From: Squalus acanthias
Lineage: Eukaryota
Assembly: GCA_030390025.1 (NCBI GenBank)
Contig: CM059425.1
Location: 168,952,001 to 169,016,000 of the forward strand
Direction of reading: 5' to 3'
Length of the DNA stretch: 64,000 nucleotides
In this document: piece by piece, positions 47,640-62,019 of the stretch
Numbering within the stretch: the stretch's first letter is position 1
Layout: every line of letters starts with the position of its first letter
Made by a program: the position numbers and the translations under genes
The notes under the pieces: generated by a model
What the model was told of the DNA's origin: nothing
Database searches by the model: none
Seen by the model: the letters and a program-made list of their open reading frames with translations, nothing else

Positions 47640-50600
47640 TATTATGGTAGAGAATGACGATAACTAATCGAGCCTGTCCCACACAATTGCTATACCTTGT
47701 GTATCACAACTTATACACTCCACCCCACCCGAAACCATGTGATGATCTGGAAGAGGCAAAAAAACCCAGGCCAATTTGGGGGGGAAAATCTGGGAAATTC
47801 CTCTCTGACCCCTCAGAAACTAGTCCAGGAGATCACTCTGGCCCTGAATTCCCTGCAGTACCTACCTTCTGTAAGAGGTGATCTCCGCCCCAGCCAGAAA
47901 CAGGTCCAGCTGTCGTTTGAAGGAATTCAGCGAGTCTGCGTCCACCACACGAGATGACAGCCTGTTCCAGAGGTCCACTATTCTCTGGGAAAAGAACCAC
48001 CTCCTGACATCTAACCTAGATCTAGCCTTATACAACTTAAAGTTGTGACCCCTGGTCCTGCCTAACATATTTAATTGAAATAAACTGTCAGCTGGAACAC
48101 AATCTATTCCCTTCATTATCTTATAAACCTCAGTCAGATTTCCCGTAAGTCTACGCTTCTCTAAGGTATAGAGTCCCATCTCTTTTAGCCCATCTTGATA
48201 ACGAAGATGCTTTAAACTGTGAATTAGTCTAGTGGTCCACCTCTGCCTTGTGTATCACAACTTATACACTCCACCCCACCCGAAACCATGTGATCTCCTG
48301 GGAGAGGCAAAAAAAACCCAGGCCAAATCCTCGATATCACCCACCGTGTGAGGAGACCAAAACTGGACACAGTATTCCAAATGTGGCCTGACTAAGGTCT
48401 TGTATTTGCTCTAGCTATCGCTACATGGCATTGCTCATGTACCTTTAAGGATGTATGCATTAGCATGCCTAAATCTCTTTCTATCTCCACCATCTTTAAA
48501 ACCTTTCCCTGAAGTATGTATAAATGTTGAGCATTTTCCATGCCCACATGCATAACACTGCACTTATCTAAGTTATACATCTTTTTTCCAGTCTTGAGCC
48601 CAATCTCTCAACACATTAAGATCTGCCTGAAGCAGACGAGCATCATCTACAGTTCCAACACTCGCACAGATCTTGGGACACAATCTGCAAATTTGCAGAT
48701 TATGTCCCAACACCTACATCCAGATCATTAATAAAAATAGTAAAGAGGAATGGTCCCAACACTAATCCCTGCGGGACACCACTGGTGACCGGTCTCCAAA
48801 CAGATCCAAATCCATCCATAACTACTTTTTGCCTACGTCCTGCCAGCCAGTTCTGAATCCAGCTCTATATATTACCACTAATACCAGAGGCTTCGATCTT
48901 ATAGAGAAGCCTCTTATGCGGTATCTTATCAAAAGCTTTTTGGAAATCTAAGTAGACAATGTCTACTGGACCTCCCTCATCAACTTTGTAACTTCTTCAA
49001 AAAATACAATTAGATTTGTAAGACATGACCTTTTTATGAAGCCATGTTGGATGTACTGAATATGTCCCCCTCTATCCAAGCATTCATATATTGCATCCCT
49101 AATGATTCCTTCAAGTATCTTGCCTATTACTGATAAACTAATGGGCCCAAAGTTACCCGGGTCTGTCTTGTCACTTTTTTAAAAGATGGGGACTACATTA
49201 GCCTCCTTCCAGTCTATAGGAACTGTTCCAGAGTGCAGTGAGCTATTAAAAATACAGGCTAGGGGCTTGCACAGCACATGCCCCATCTCCCTGAGGACCC
49301 TCGGGTGGATATCATCCGGCCCGGCTGCTCTATCTATTTTCAAGTTCTTAATTCTTTCTAAAACAATATGTTCATCTATGTTAAAACTAGTTTTGTTGAA
49401 AACTGTAGGAAAAATAGAAAAGCAGAGTATTTTTTAAATGGTGAGAGATTCGGAAATGTTGGGTGTTCAGAGGGACCTGGGTGTCCTTATACACGAATCA
49501 CTGAAAGTTAACATGCAGATACAGTAAGCAATTAGGAAAGCAAATGGTATGTTGGCCTTTATTACAAGAGGATTTGAGTATAAGAGTAAAGACGTCTTGC
49601 TGCAATTATACAGGGCCCTGGTGAGACCACACCTGGAGTATTGTGTACAGTTTTGGTCTCCTTACCTAAGGAAGGATATACTTGCCATAGAGGGAGTGCA
49701 ACGAAGGTTCACCAGACTGGTTCCTGGGATGGGGGGATTGTCCTATGAGGACAGATTGAGTAGACTAGGCCTATATTCTCTACAGTTTAGAAGAATGAGG
49801 TGTGATCTCATTGAAACATACACAATTCTTACAGGGTCGATGCAGGGAGGATGTTTCCCCTGGCTGGGGAGTCTAGAACCAGGGGTCACAGTCTCAGAAT
49901 AAGGGGTTGGCCATTTAGGACTGAGATGAGGAGAAAGTTCTTCACTCAGAGGGTGGTGAATCTTTGGAATTCTCTACCCCAGAGGGCTGTGGAGGCTCAG
50001 TCGTTGAGTATATTCAAGACAGATCAATAGATTTTTGAATATTAAGGGAATCAAGGAATATGGAGATAGTTCAGGAAAGTGGAGATAAGGTAGAAGATCA
50101 GCCATGATCTTATTGAATGATAGAGCAGGCTCGAAGGGCCAAATGGCCTACTCCTGCTCCTATTTCTTATGTTATGTTAGTAACATTATTAAATTCTAAT
50201 AGTTGAGCATCATCTTCAAGGGTGAAGACTGATGCAAAGACTCATTTAATATTTCTGCCATACCCAGTGAGTCCTTTGTAACCTGTCCTTGAACACCCTT
50301 CAATGGCCCAATACAGTCTTTGACAGTTCTCTGACTCTTCACATAACTGAAAAAGCTTTTCACATTACTTCCACAGTTGTCTACGATCCTTTTTGCTAAT
50401 CTAATAGTAGCCTTTGTTTTCTTTAGTTGTTCCTTGTGCTCAACTCTAGTTTAGTTGAGTATTAAATGTCTTTAATTTATAGAAACATTTCTGTTTACAT
50501 CTTATTTGTCTTTGTACATAGCTAGTCAGCCACCTTGGCTTTTTCTTACCACATTTCCTTTTGACTTTGGGTACATATTTGTTTTCCACATTTTTTATCT

Positions 50601-52540
50601 TGTTCTTAAAAACTTTGCTTTTATATTCTACATCGGGCTCATCACCACCCAGTAAGGTTAGCCAATTTACCCGTTGCAAATCATCTGCCATTTTGGTGAA
50701 GTTTGCTCTTCTGAAATCTGGTACGAGTTGCACGTTCTCATTACCTTTAGTTCTACTAGCCAATTGGAATCGTATAATGTTGTGGTCACTGTTGGCCAGA
50801 TGCACCTCCACATGGAGGCCCGATACGAGGTCAGGCTCACTACTAAACACTAGATCCAATATATGATTATCTCTTGTTACTTCATTTAACATGTTGAGCC
50901 AGGAAACAGTCTTGTATATTTTAGACAAATTTTTCAGCTGCACTTCCCACCACGACAGCGGGCAAAACCATCGTGCCACTGAATGTCAGGAAAATTAAAA
51001 TCGCCCATCCGACAAACGTGTCATTTTATATTAAAAGCCTTTGCAATATGTTTCCATAATAACTCATAACTCCTCATGTTCAGGTGTCTTATCCGGGGGC
51101 CTATAACAATTACCGATAATTAGTCCCTGCCCGTGAGCTTGGCCCACTTGAACCCAGATAGCCTCGGCTGTACTTGATGAGACAATATCAAGTCTTTCTC
51201 TAGCTGTTAGATTCTCACTGATAAAAATAGCACCCCCCACCTCCCCTTTGACCTACTCTATCCTTTCTGAAACTCTTGTAGCCCTTTAGGTGAATTTCTG
51301 TCCCATCACTTTAGTTTAGCCATGTCTCAGAAATACACTGTCTAATTTCTCCAACACAGCGTAGGATTGTAGTTCTAACAATTCGTGTTTAACACTCCTT
51401 GCATTTACATAAAAACTATTTAAAGGTCTCTCATCTAATTTCTTAAAGTTATTTATTCTTATATGCTTCCTACCTGGTTTATCTGCATGCTTAGCATCTA
51501 TGTAATTATCAAGTTCAGTAAGGCTATCTTTGAACTTATCTGCACTATCCCCTTGCTGAATTAGTTTAAATGCTCCCTCTGCCAGCCTTTGTGCTCCCAG
51601 AAAGTTAAGATGGAGGCTGCCGTCCCTCCTAAACAACTTAACTTGTCCAGCGAACACTTCCCAATTATTGTAGCAGCTTCTTTTTGTAAAGGTCCCGAAG
51701 CCAGATGTTGAATCCTACAATTCGGCTATTCCTCTCCATTGATCCGGACATGACTGGTAATAGTCTGGAGACTACTACCTTCTTGCACCCCTTTGCTGAA
51801 GGTTAGCTATGAGGCTTTTGTAGGAATCCTGTAAAACAAATGGATTTCTATCCATTATATCATTAGTACCAATATGTAAACTTACTACAGTACCTTGGCA
51901 CCTTTCATCAGATCAGCCACACGATCCCAGAGATCAGCTACCTTGGCCCCTGAAAAACAAAAGACTGTTCTTGACAGAGCCTTATCTCTACATAGGGTGC
52001 TATCTGTATGCCTGATGATAGTCCCCTATGAGGATTGCACGTGCCTCTTGCTCTTCCTTGGCTGTTCACCCAACAATGTCCTCTTGGACTTTACAGCCTT
52101 CCCCTTACCTATTCCAGTATATTGATATGAGCATTTAGGTTGATCAGTGTCACTGGTGCTGACCTTACTGCCTGTTATGTCCTCCAAGTCTCAAAGCGGG
52201 GCATACCTATCTGGAGCAACAAAATAATCCAACGTGGTGAAGGTTCCAGTGATATCAATACCAGACAATGATGACTTACTTTTTGTCCCAGTCAGGAAGT
52301 CATTGAAATCCACCAAGTATGTTAATTGGTCAATTTTCTCTTTTAAGCAAACGATCTCCTGCTGCAGAGACAAAACCTGAACATACTTATTGCAAGTGAA
52401 AGCCCTACAATGCTTTACTTCAACACTATCTCTCTCTAATGTTGCCGTAAAGGTGTACATGGAGCACACCTCACATTGGAGTCGCTCTTCTTTTCTTTAG
52501 GATCCAGGGTTCACCATCCTTATCTTTCAGGAAATCTGTG
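47640..52540 (-). mobile_element. Full-length-type CR1 LINE of a different subfamily, degenerate
   Basis: ORF1 Cys-rich N-terminus (LQCEVCSMY...CRAFTC) and SGNH block (DGSLHLN); APE (YVNARS, LDLVFS, SDH); RT/C-terminus (LEKRRLTGNLTEVYK). Confidence 0.85.
49405..50177 (+). mobile_element. CR1 3' fragment nested in the opposite orientation
   Basis: MLAFITRGFEYKSK...RPHLEYCVQFWSP; tail ctcctatttcttatgtt. Confidence 0.88.
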
Positions 52541-53847
52541 AATAAAACAGAGGGGGAAAGAATGAATTGGCAGTAAAGGGGTTAAAACGCTGTAGGCTTG
52601 ATCAACAGGAATGTGTGTGCTTTTATCTTCGTCAACCTATCATCATAAATTACGACAACCGCTCGCTATATTTTATACTCCCCTTCACATCGTGAAATTG
52701 CATTGAAAGGTTTGCCAGACCAAATTTAACTACTTTGCAGCTTGCATCCATAGAATTGACATAATTTCCTCATTTAAGGTTTTGTTTGCATATTATTTAA
52801 TGTTTGAAACATTTGTGACTAAATGTTACTTGATGCAGTTTTTTTTTAAGGCTTTATTTTGGGTAACATGTAGCTGTTTGAATGTGTACTAGTAAAAGTA
52901 TGTTGCAGTGATGTCACTAATAAATATTCTACTTTATTTGCTAAATGCATCTACTACAAAACTATAACTTAACTGTAAATGGTCTTCATAAGTTTTAAGA
53001 TTAAATCAATTCTGTCATACTTGTTAATTTATCTTCCAATACCACCATTGCTTTATTATCTGGGCCCCTCTCCCCACTCTAACATGGAATTTTGTTACTG
53101 GTTTAAAAAAAACCTCAGGTCACTGTGGCAAAAGTCCATAGATTTATTTGTATTACTTGAAATTATGGAATGGTGCATCGAATTTATTCTCTACCATAAG
53201 TAGAGAGGAGGCAGAGTGGATCTTGCACATATCTGAGCTTGGCATTCCAGAACCTTGAAATAAACACATGGTAAAGATCCATTTGTTGACTAGTGACACT
53301 ACAGTGCATCTCATTACACACTATCCATCTGAGAACTTTCATTTTTTCTTTATTTCCCCTTCCTCTTGATCTTTTACCAGTTACAATGTGTTCTGTACTA
53401 ACTTTTATTTCAGAAATAATTACTTGCTTTTTGATATCTCACTCAATTGCTAGGCAAGATGGTATTGTAGCATACATTACTTTATATAAATGACAATTTC
53501 CTTCTTGATAAACTGAAGGATGTTGCAGTCCATCTATGCATGTTTCTTTTCGCCCCACAACAGTTTCGTAAAGTCATTTTTTCCCATTTATTTGGATCCT
53601 TCTGTGCAACTTAACATTTCATCAACAAAGGAAGAAGGCAGGCACCCTTTTTACAGAGTTTCTACCTGTCCCACTATTGATCCAGCAAATGAGAGTTATG
53701 GAGGAACAGTTCTGATTGGCCATTCTTTTATATTTTTATCTTAAATCAGATGATTTGGACCAACATTATATGATCAAGTCTCATAATATGACAGTGATTT
53801 ATTCCTGGAAGGTATAAAAATTGATGATTCTGTTTAAAACATAATTT

Positions 53848-54462
53848 CTGTGGCAACAAGAGCAGGTCAGAGGCTGGGTATTCTGCGGCGAGTGTCTCAC
53901 CTAACTCCCCAAAGCCTTTCCACCATCTACAAGGCACAAGTAAGGAGTGTGATGGAATACTCTGCACTTGCCTGGATGAGTGCAGCTCCAACAACACTCA
54001 AGAAGCTCGACACCATCCAAGACAAACCAGCCTGTTTGATTGGTACCCCATCCACCACCTTAAACATTCACTCCCTCCACCACCGGCGTACCGTGTCTGC
54101 AGTGTGTACCATCTACAAGGTGCACTGCAGCAACTCGCCAAGGCTTCTTCAGCAGCACCTCCCAAACCCGCGACCTCTTCCACCTAGAAGTCAAGGGCAG
54201 CAGGTGCATGGGAACACCACCACCTCCAAGTTCCCCTCCAAGTCACATACCATCCTGACTTGGAAATATATCGCCGTTCCTTCATCGTCGCTGGGTCAAA
54301 ATCCTAGAACTCCCTCCCTAACAGCACTGTGGGTGTACCTTCACCACATGGACTGCAGCGGTTCAAGAAGGCGGCTCCCCGCCACCGTCTCGAGCAATTA
54401 GGGATGGGCAATAAATTCTGGCCTTGCCAGTGACACCCAGATCCCATGAATGAATAAAAAAA
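53848..54462 (+). mobile_element. CR1-Zenon-like LINE 3' fragment
   Basis: ATRAGQRLGILRRV...YKAQVRSVMEY; tail gaatgaataaaaaaaa. Confidence 0.88.
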
Positions 54463-55134
54463 ATTCTGTTCTATGATTTAAAAGCTGAAAGTTTTTGTTA
54501 ACTGGATTTCATTTTGATTTCAGGCACTATGTACTTCCTTTGCATGTGAGAAATTAGCTTTACTTCATTTTAGATGGGAATGGAAATGGCTGCAAATGTA
54601 GTAATCTGAGAAATAGGAAGCTTTTAGTTATGATATCTTAGAACTTTTCTTTGAGTATTACCACAAATATCCCTATTTGAGAACCATGCAAAATGAACAG
54701 CTACCAGCCCACAGTGTTTTGTAAGCAGAAGTAATTATAAACATCTACCTGATTTAGCAAACGGGCTGAATTTTCTGACTGGGAGACCAAAACTGAGAGA
54801 ATTAATATCCTCCTGGCAATTAAAATAAAGTCTGCATTCAGTTCTGTATTCTCTTGGTTGCATAGTTTACTACATTTTGGTAGCAAACTATGCTGGGGCA
54901 TTACAAATCTACAGTATTAAAATCTGATTAAACCAATTCTGTGAACTAAGTTATAGGATATATCATCTTTTGTGTACAAAAGAAATGTAATTATAAAGTA
55001 GTCACCAACTATCCCTAAACACCAAATTCACCTGTGCATGCAAAAAATCACAATTTAAAAGTGTTGAAGTAGTATCTGCTAAATATAGCACGTTTTAACT
55101 CTCAATGACAATGCCAACATTAAGATTTAATGGA

Positions 55135-55725
55135 TCATAGAATGATAATGCACAGAGGGAGGCTATTCGGCCCATCATGTCCATGCCAGCTCTTTGAAAG
55201 AGCTATCCAATTCATCCCACTCCCCTGCTCTTTTCTCATAGCCCTGCAAATTTTTCCCCTTCAAGTATTTAACCAATTCATTTTTGAAAGTTATTATTGA
55301 ATCTGCTTCCGCCGCCCTTTCAGGCAGCGCATTCCAGATCATCATAACTCGCTGAGTAAAATTGTTTTTCCTCCTGTCGCCTTTGGTTCTTTTGACAATT
55401 ACTTTAACTCTGTATTCTGTGGTTACCGACCCTTCTGCCACTGGAAACAGCTTCTCTTATTTACCCATTCCTGATTTTGAACATCTCTATCAAATCTCCT
55501 GTTAACCTTCTCTGCTCTAAGGAGAACAACCCCAGTTTCTCTAGCCTCTCCACGTAACTGAAGTCTTTCATCCCAGGTACCATTCCAGTAAATCTCCTCT
55601 GCACCCTCTCCAAGGCCTTGACATCCTTCCTAAAGTGTGGTTCCCAGAATTGGCCACAATACTCCAGCTGAGGCCTAACCAGTGTTTTATAAAGATTTAG
55701 CATAATTTCCTTGCTTTTGTACTTA
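55135..55725 (-). mobile_element. CR1 3' fragment (further remnant at ~57630-57890)
   Basis: LVRPQLEYCGQFW...LFSLEQRRLTGDLIE; IWNALPE. Confidence 0.85.
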
Positions 55726-55929
55726 AATTTAAAACTTCAATACAAAATTGGTTCAGTGACCGGAAGAAAATGGTGGTGGTGGTGGTGGATGGATGTTTTT
55801 CAGACTGGGAGGTGGTTTGCAGTGGTCAGTTTTGGGTCCATTTCAATTTTTATAAACAACCTAGACTCGGGTGTAGGGAGCAGCATTATAAAGTCTGCAG
55901 ATGATACAAAACTTGGCAATGTAGTAAAA

Positions 55930-56125
55930 GAAAGAAAGCAAGACTTACATTTATGTAGCGCCTTTCACGACATTAGGACGTCCCAAAGCACTTTACACTT
56001 CAAAATACTTCATTGGTTGTAATGTAGGAAATTGGCTGCTACAGCAAGCTTCCAGAAATGTGATAATGACCAGATACTCTTTTTGTTATGTTGATTGAGG
56101 GATAAATATTGGCCAGGACACTGGC
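55930..56125 (-). mobile_element. DeuSINE 3' fragment
   Basis: caagacttacatttatgtagcgcctttcacgac...ggacgtcccaaagcactttac...gggataaatattggccaggacac. Confidence 0.65.
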
Positions 56126-56139
56126 TAAATCATTGGAAA

Positions 56140-56398
56140 AAGATCTCGAGGCGAGCTGAAGAGTAATTTTTTGTGTCAGAGTTGTCGCGATATGGAATGC
56201 TCTACCTGAAATGGTGGTGGAAGCTGATTCCGTAAATAATTTTGAAAGGGTGTTGGACAGGTACTTGAGGATGAAGAACTTAAAGGGTTCCGGACAAAAA
56301 GCGGGATGTGGAACTAAGCACGACTGCTTTTTCAAAGTGACAGCACAGGCACGATGGACCGAATGGCCTTCTGTGCTTTAAGTTTCTATGATTCTATG
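56140..56398 (+). mobile_element. CR1 3' tail fragment
   Basis: agagttgtcgcgatatggaatgctctacc...gaatggcct...ttctatgattctatg. Confidence 0.7.
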
Positions 56399-57628
56399 AA
56401 ACCCGACTCAAACCCGCCCACTTTTTAATGGAGGTGGGTTGGGAGGCAGGCGACCAATCCGCTCTCAGGAGGCGAGTCAGTCAGTAAAAGCTTTTAAGGA
56501 GGCTGCGTGCCTCCATTTTAACAGGATTTTTATTTTTAACCCATGGAGGCTGATTTCTCGAGGCTCGGGAAACCCAGCATGTAAAAGGAGGCGAGAAGTG
56601 CCGGATCCATGAGGTAAGTGCATTTACAGCAATGGTTGTGGGCCAGGAGTAGCAGGAGCCTTTACTCCAGGCCCAACAAGCTTACCTCTTTACACATCCC
56701 GCAATCGGCCGACCCTTACCCCTCCACGATCTCCGGCTCCCGTCCCGCCCTCCGCCCCTCTCTCTGCTCTTCGGCTCCTGCCGCACTGCACCCACCCGCC
56801 CCCCGGCGTGCTCCCACCGCCCTGTGTGCTTTCCAGCCCACCCCCGCGCTTCCCAGCTCCGGGAGCAGTCCACGCACTCTCTGGTTATTGCCTGCTCCCC
56901 CACATGCTCTCTGGCTCCTGGCCCCCACCCCCTGCACGCTCTCTGCCTCCCCCGCCCTGCGCGTGCTTTCCAGCTCCTGGTGGCCCCTGTGTGCTCTCCG
57001 GCCCCTTCCCCCCCCCCCCCCCCCCCCCCCCCAGGGCCTGGTCTCCAACTCTTCTCTCTCTCTTCCCCCCCCCCCCCCCCCAAGCACTCTCTGGCAGCAC
57101 TACCCACCGTGCGCGCACTCTCCAGCTCATGATTCTCTCTCCCTCTCTTTCCCCCCCGGCGTGGTCTCCGGCTCCCACCGCCCCCTGCACTCCCTGGCTC
57201 CTGACTGACCCCCCCCCCCCTCGCTCGCTCTCCAGCTCCCAATTTTCTCTCTCTCCTCTCTCTCTTTCCCCCGCGTGCTCCCACCCCCTGCACCCTTTCC
57301 CCCTCCCCCCCCCACCCCCTGCACTCTCTGGCTCCCAATCTCCCAACACCCCTGCACACACGCTCTCCAGCTCCTGCCACCCCACTCCCTGGCTCCTAAC
57401 GGACCCCCCCCCCCCCCCCCACGCGCGCTCTCCAGATCCCCATTCTCTCTCTCTCTCTCGGTCCTCCCCCTTCCCCTGCTCCCAGTGTGTCGATAAGTAA
57501 AACTTCCCCCCTAAATGACTTGACCAAGACTTCTGCCTCCCCGCCCCGTACTTCCGGCTTTCCTATCCGGAAATCCTTTCTCCCCCCCGCCCCGCACTCT
57601 CTTCACACCCTGAGTAAATATCAGAGCC
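56399..57628. mobile_element. MITE (inverted homologue of 16360-17121) with internal C-rich expansion
   Basis: accaatccgctctcaggaggcg...ctgcgtgcctccattttaaca is the reverse complement of 16912-16983; terminus gtaaatatcagagcc. Confidence 0.6.
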
Positions 57629-58500
57629 TATTCCTCTATTTATAAAGCCAAGGATCCAATATTCCTTTTTAACAACCTTCTCAACTCGTCCTGCCACCTT
57701 CAAAGACTTGTGTCCATACACCCCCTGGTCTCTGTTCCTGCACCCCTTTTAAAATTGTACCATTTAGTTTATATTGCCTCTCCTAATTCTTCCCATCAAA
57801 ATGAATCACTTCACACTTTTCTGCATTAAATTTCATCTACCATGTGTTTTCCCATTTCACCAGTCTGTCTATTTCCTCCTGAAGTCATCCTGACGCTCGT
57901 TACCCACTCTCCTAGAAGAATCTTTGCTGCCATGCTTTTGCAGTTATAAGGACAAGTGGCTCCTGTTTTTTTTTATGTCACATTTACTATATTGTGCACA
58001 TTGTTGTAAATTCGTAAGTGTAACCTCTTCCAAAAAAATCTTGTCTTCCCCATCCCCTCAGTAGCATAATCACATCAGGACTGTGTACAGCACCACAAGC
58101 TACATCACCCTCACCCCGAACAACCATAAGAAAATCTCTACACCTGCATCCAAAATGACTGGCTGTCAAAGAGGGTGGAGTGTTCATTATCTATATTAAT
58201 AAATGGATTCTTAATTTGTTAATTTGAAGATACCATACTAATTTGTTTTGGTTGTTGGTTATCAACGATATTTGTCAAGATTGTTATCAATTACTTATTT
58301 AAACAAAATTGTGTAGGCAAAATCCAAATAGTTTCCAAGGAAGCTGGCATAGCTCAATATGTTTTACTGTTTAAGCTTTTAGTGTTTCAAAGCTTACCAA
58401 GCACAGCCAATTGATGCGTACAGTGAAACTCATTTAATTATCTTGTTTTATTTCCTAGAATTCCAGGATACCAGGAAGTCAAAATTACTCCTTGCATTAA

Positions 58501-59002
58501 GGGGGGAATTTTAACATGGGCGAGCGGGTGGTGGGTTAATTGGCTAAAACTTTGAGGCGTGTCGGGAAGTCGGCTCCAACCTACTGACTTCCGGGTTTTA
58601 TCCAAGGCGCGGCAAGGGGCGGGCAACCAACCCGGTCCCAGGAGGCGTTTTGGCACTTTAAATAAGTTAAGTGGTCTGGAAGCTTCAGATTTAACCTGCT
58701 GTGCTGGTTTTACAGAAGCCAGCCGGGTTTCCCGAGCCTTGGGAAACGCGGCAGCTGCAGCAAGACGAGGACAGCCTCGGGTAGCACTGCGGGTCCTGTG
58801 GCCTGCTCTGGAGTGCTCCCCGCCCGACTGGAAGCCAAGCCTGTCAGTCAGGCTGACTTCTGGGCGGGGAACCTGTCAATGACAAAAGACGCATGCTGTG
58901 GAGTTAAATCTCCACAGCATGCAGGGAGACCCAGACTTTTGGGGTTTCTCGCACTTCTGGCCCCACCCGCTCCCAGCGTGTCGGTAAGTAAAACTTCACC
59001 CC
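58501..59002. mobile_element. PIF/Harbinger-type MITE
   Basis: Termini ggggggaattttaac / gtaaaacttcacccc; TAA on both sides; shares gtcgggaag.cggctccaacc with 8790. Confidence 0.7.
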
Positions 59003-59009
59003 TAAATGA

Positions 59010-59302
59010 GGGCAACACTGCAAGGCAGTTTATATTGTCTATCCCTGGTTGCCTTGAGGGCATTGAGTCAACCATGTAGTGTGGGACTGGAGTCGCATGT
59101 AGGGGTAGCAGAGCAGTTCTCTTCCCTGAAGGACATCAATGAACCAGTTGGGTTTTTACAGCAGCTTGCATGGTCATTTTCTTTTCTGGCGCCAGTCCAC
59201 AAATTACCAGATTTATTGAATTCAGTTCCATAACTTATCATGCTGGGATTTGAACTCATATCTCTGGGTTTATAGTCCAATAACATAGCCATTACAGTAC
59301 CC
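59010..59302 (-). mobile_element. Older tRNA-headed SINE related to 34919-35248
   Basis: gggatttgaactc (B-box on -); aaggacat.aatgaacca..tgggtttttaca shared. Confidence 0.6.
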
Positions 59303-61233
59303 TATAGGAGAGGCACAATGGATGCACAGTGGATCAGCTCTCCTGAGAAATGTTGCTCAGTCAAATGCTTGAGCTCCTGAGGCTCTTAACTACTTTCAGA
59401 TATACATTTTCTGAGAATCTAGCTGTAACTGAGAAAAATTGTTCCAAGTGGAACAAAGAAGGCTTCAAAGAGCAGTACTATTTGATAATGATTCCCCCCC
59501 CCCCCCCCCCCCCCCCCCGGCTCCTGTAGATGATGTGATAGACCAGCAAATTAACTTCTATGGAGCTGAAAGATACGCAACCAGCTGCTTGAATTGCAAC
59601 ATGGTCGCAGTCACAAGCACTGAGTCGTAGGGAAGTTGCAATTTCAGACTGCTCCATGCTAAAAGTAAAAGAAGGCAGAGCAGTGCACACTGCAAAGTGG
59701 CTGATCCTGGAAAAGTCTGGATTCACCTATGGTGAAAAAGCTTCACTGACACAAGCAATACATTACTGATGGAGGACTGGGCCTCCAAGTCTGCTTCCAT
59801 GAGATCATATCTTTCAATGCTGCCCTTCCTACTGACTAGCCTCCTCAGATAGAGCTTTTCTGGGATCTTTGTCTTAGCATGTAGGATGGGTCTGGTGGGT
59901 GTGCGTCCAATGCTGCTTACCCTTCCTGGCATCCCTCTCCTGCTGTTCTTCCTCCTTTTATCATTGTTACACTGCATGTTGCATCCATGCTGCTGAACGG
60001 ACAATTGCAGTTTCCTACCTCCCTGGGTAGCTTTCCGGCCAAAGTGAGCGCACTCTGCAGCTCCGATGTCAGTTTTTATTAAGTATGAATTCTGATCAAT
60101 TGAAGTGAAGTAATTGCCTAGGTTTTTCACGAGGTAGCTTTAATTGGCTTATAAAAAAGACTTAAGCTAAACCTGACATAGAAATGGAACTTGTAATTTG
60201 AATTAAAAGCAGTGACACCAGGAAGTAGCACATAAATGCTGTATTATTGAACATGAAAAATGACTCCATATTTGCTCAATTATGCAGGAGTTCTAATGCA
60301 ATGAGTAATTTTGACACCCTTCCATCAAGTCTTTTCTTATCTGTTTTTGTGCTTATCCCATTTTATATCCGAATGAAATCTGTTTGTCACAGATATTTAC
60401 AAGTTAAAATGTTCAACTAGCTTTATAGTCACCTGAATTTAAGGAGTAAATGCACACTTCGGATTTCACATTAACACCTGGCTTCGTTTTTGCCTTGGTG
60501 CTTTTATCCTGTAATATGTTCTTGATTATTTTTTTCCTTCTTTATTATTGATTATTAAACCACACCTGTTTTTTTTCTTGTTCTGGTTGCACAGTTCTTT
60601 GTTTTATTAAAACATCATAAATTGTTATATTTGATAAACAGGGTATGATAATAGATGTTGCACTGTATACATAAATATGTAATCTACAGAGTGTTGAGGT
60701 TAAAGAAGGCACATACTGGATGTACATCATGGGTGTCCAACCTGTGGCTCATAGGCTGGATCTGGCCTGCTGTGCCCTTGCACAATTCTAGGCTGTAGTT
60801 CCTTTTTCCAAACAAATTGCTCCACTCACTATGCTCTTGGCTACCTATGCACACCAGTTGATGGGATGTTCGTTTGAATCAGGCAGCCATTCTGCAAGGG
60901 TGATTTATTTTTCAAATTCTCTTGCTAGGCCCGCTGCTCCTCCACGCACTGTTATTAATTTCCCCCTGCTTCTCATTGCTCTGTCTCTAGTTGGCCCCCC
61001 TGCTTTTCAGTGCACGGTGACCGAATTTTTTTTTTCTTTTTCTCTCTCTCTCTCTCAATTTACTTCGATGTCTTGAGCAATACTTAATGTCAAGTTAAAG
61101 ATGGAACATAGAAGCCTCAATTTCATGCTGTGTTTTGGGCTGAATCAGTCTATGCTGCCCATTCATTGGTTGCAACATATTGACCTGGCTCCCTGCTTCA
61201 AAGGGTGGACATCCCTGATGTACGTAGTGTTCC

Positions 61234-61392
61234 TAATGTTCCTCCTGATTTTTTTTTGGGTGCGTGGTCCCTTTAATAGACTGCGCGTTCCATTCAAAGT
61301 TTTGTGCGTGAAATCTCCATTTGAAAAGCTAGTCCCGGGCTGAGCGGGACCTCCAGACAGCTGCATGGCTGCGCAGCTTAGGGGAAACATTG
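61234..61392. mobile_element. hAT-type MITE, diverged copy of 38378-38531
   Basis: aatgttcc...ccctttaa..gactgcgcg..ccattca...gcgcagcttaggggaaacattg; TSD not preserved. Confidence 0.7.
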
Positions 61393-62019
61393 CATAGTAC
61401 CCAAGCATCATGTTTTGGATCAGTGTATAATTACAGAGGAGGTGAACAGCTTGAAATTGTTTTTTTGAATGCTTTAGATTGTAAGCTTAAAATGAATTGG
61501 AGGCAAAAAGTAGAAGCAATTATATTAATTATGTACAGCAAATTTTAATTGTTTTGGGGGTGTTTCTCTTGTGTTGATCGTGTAGCTGTTGTTTTTAGGT
61601 CCATCTGGATCACATGTGTCAAGCCTTGCTTTATATTTTACACCTGTAACTTCTGGATTAAGTATCTGATTACTGTATTGATATGCATACAGACTCCGCT
61701 GCAAACTAGAAACCTCCCCACTGACCCTGCAAAAAAAAAACCTCATATAACCTGCTCCTCTAAACAGGTTCATTTTTTTAAAAACAGTATGGTCTGTATG
61801 CATGTCAATCGGGTATTTTTTTAATAAGTTTTATATTTTTATAAAAATTTGTGGTTGATTTGGTATTTCTACCATGGGATTGTCAGATGCTACTGGCATA
61901 ATAAATGGTTAGTAACTTGTGATACATAGTTGGTAGTGATTTTATTGATTCTTTTGGTTTAAATATGTCTAACTTTGCATGCTATGCTGTTGTTTTTTGC
62001 CCCCTTTTCTCACTTCCAG

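Noticed and set aside
56618..57500. Overlapping 120-230 aa ORFs
   Set aside because: Low-complexity expansion inside a MITE
59440..60130. ORFs possibly from a decayed transposon gene or extra exon
   Set aside because: No recognisable homology; does not fit the PPIP5K2 sequence between exons E and F
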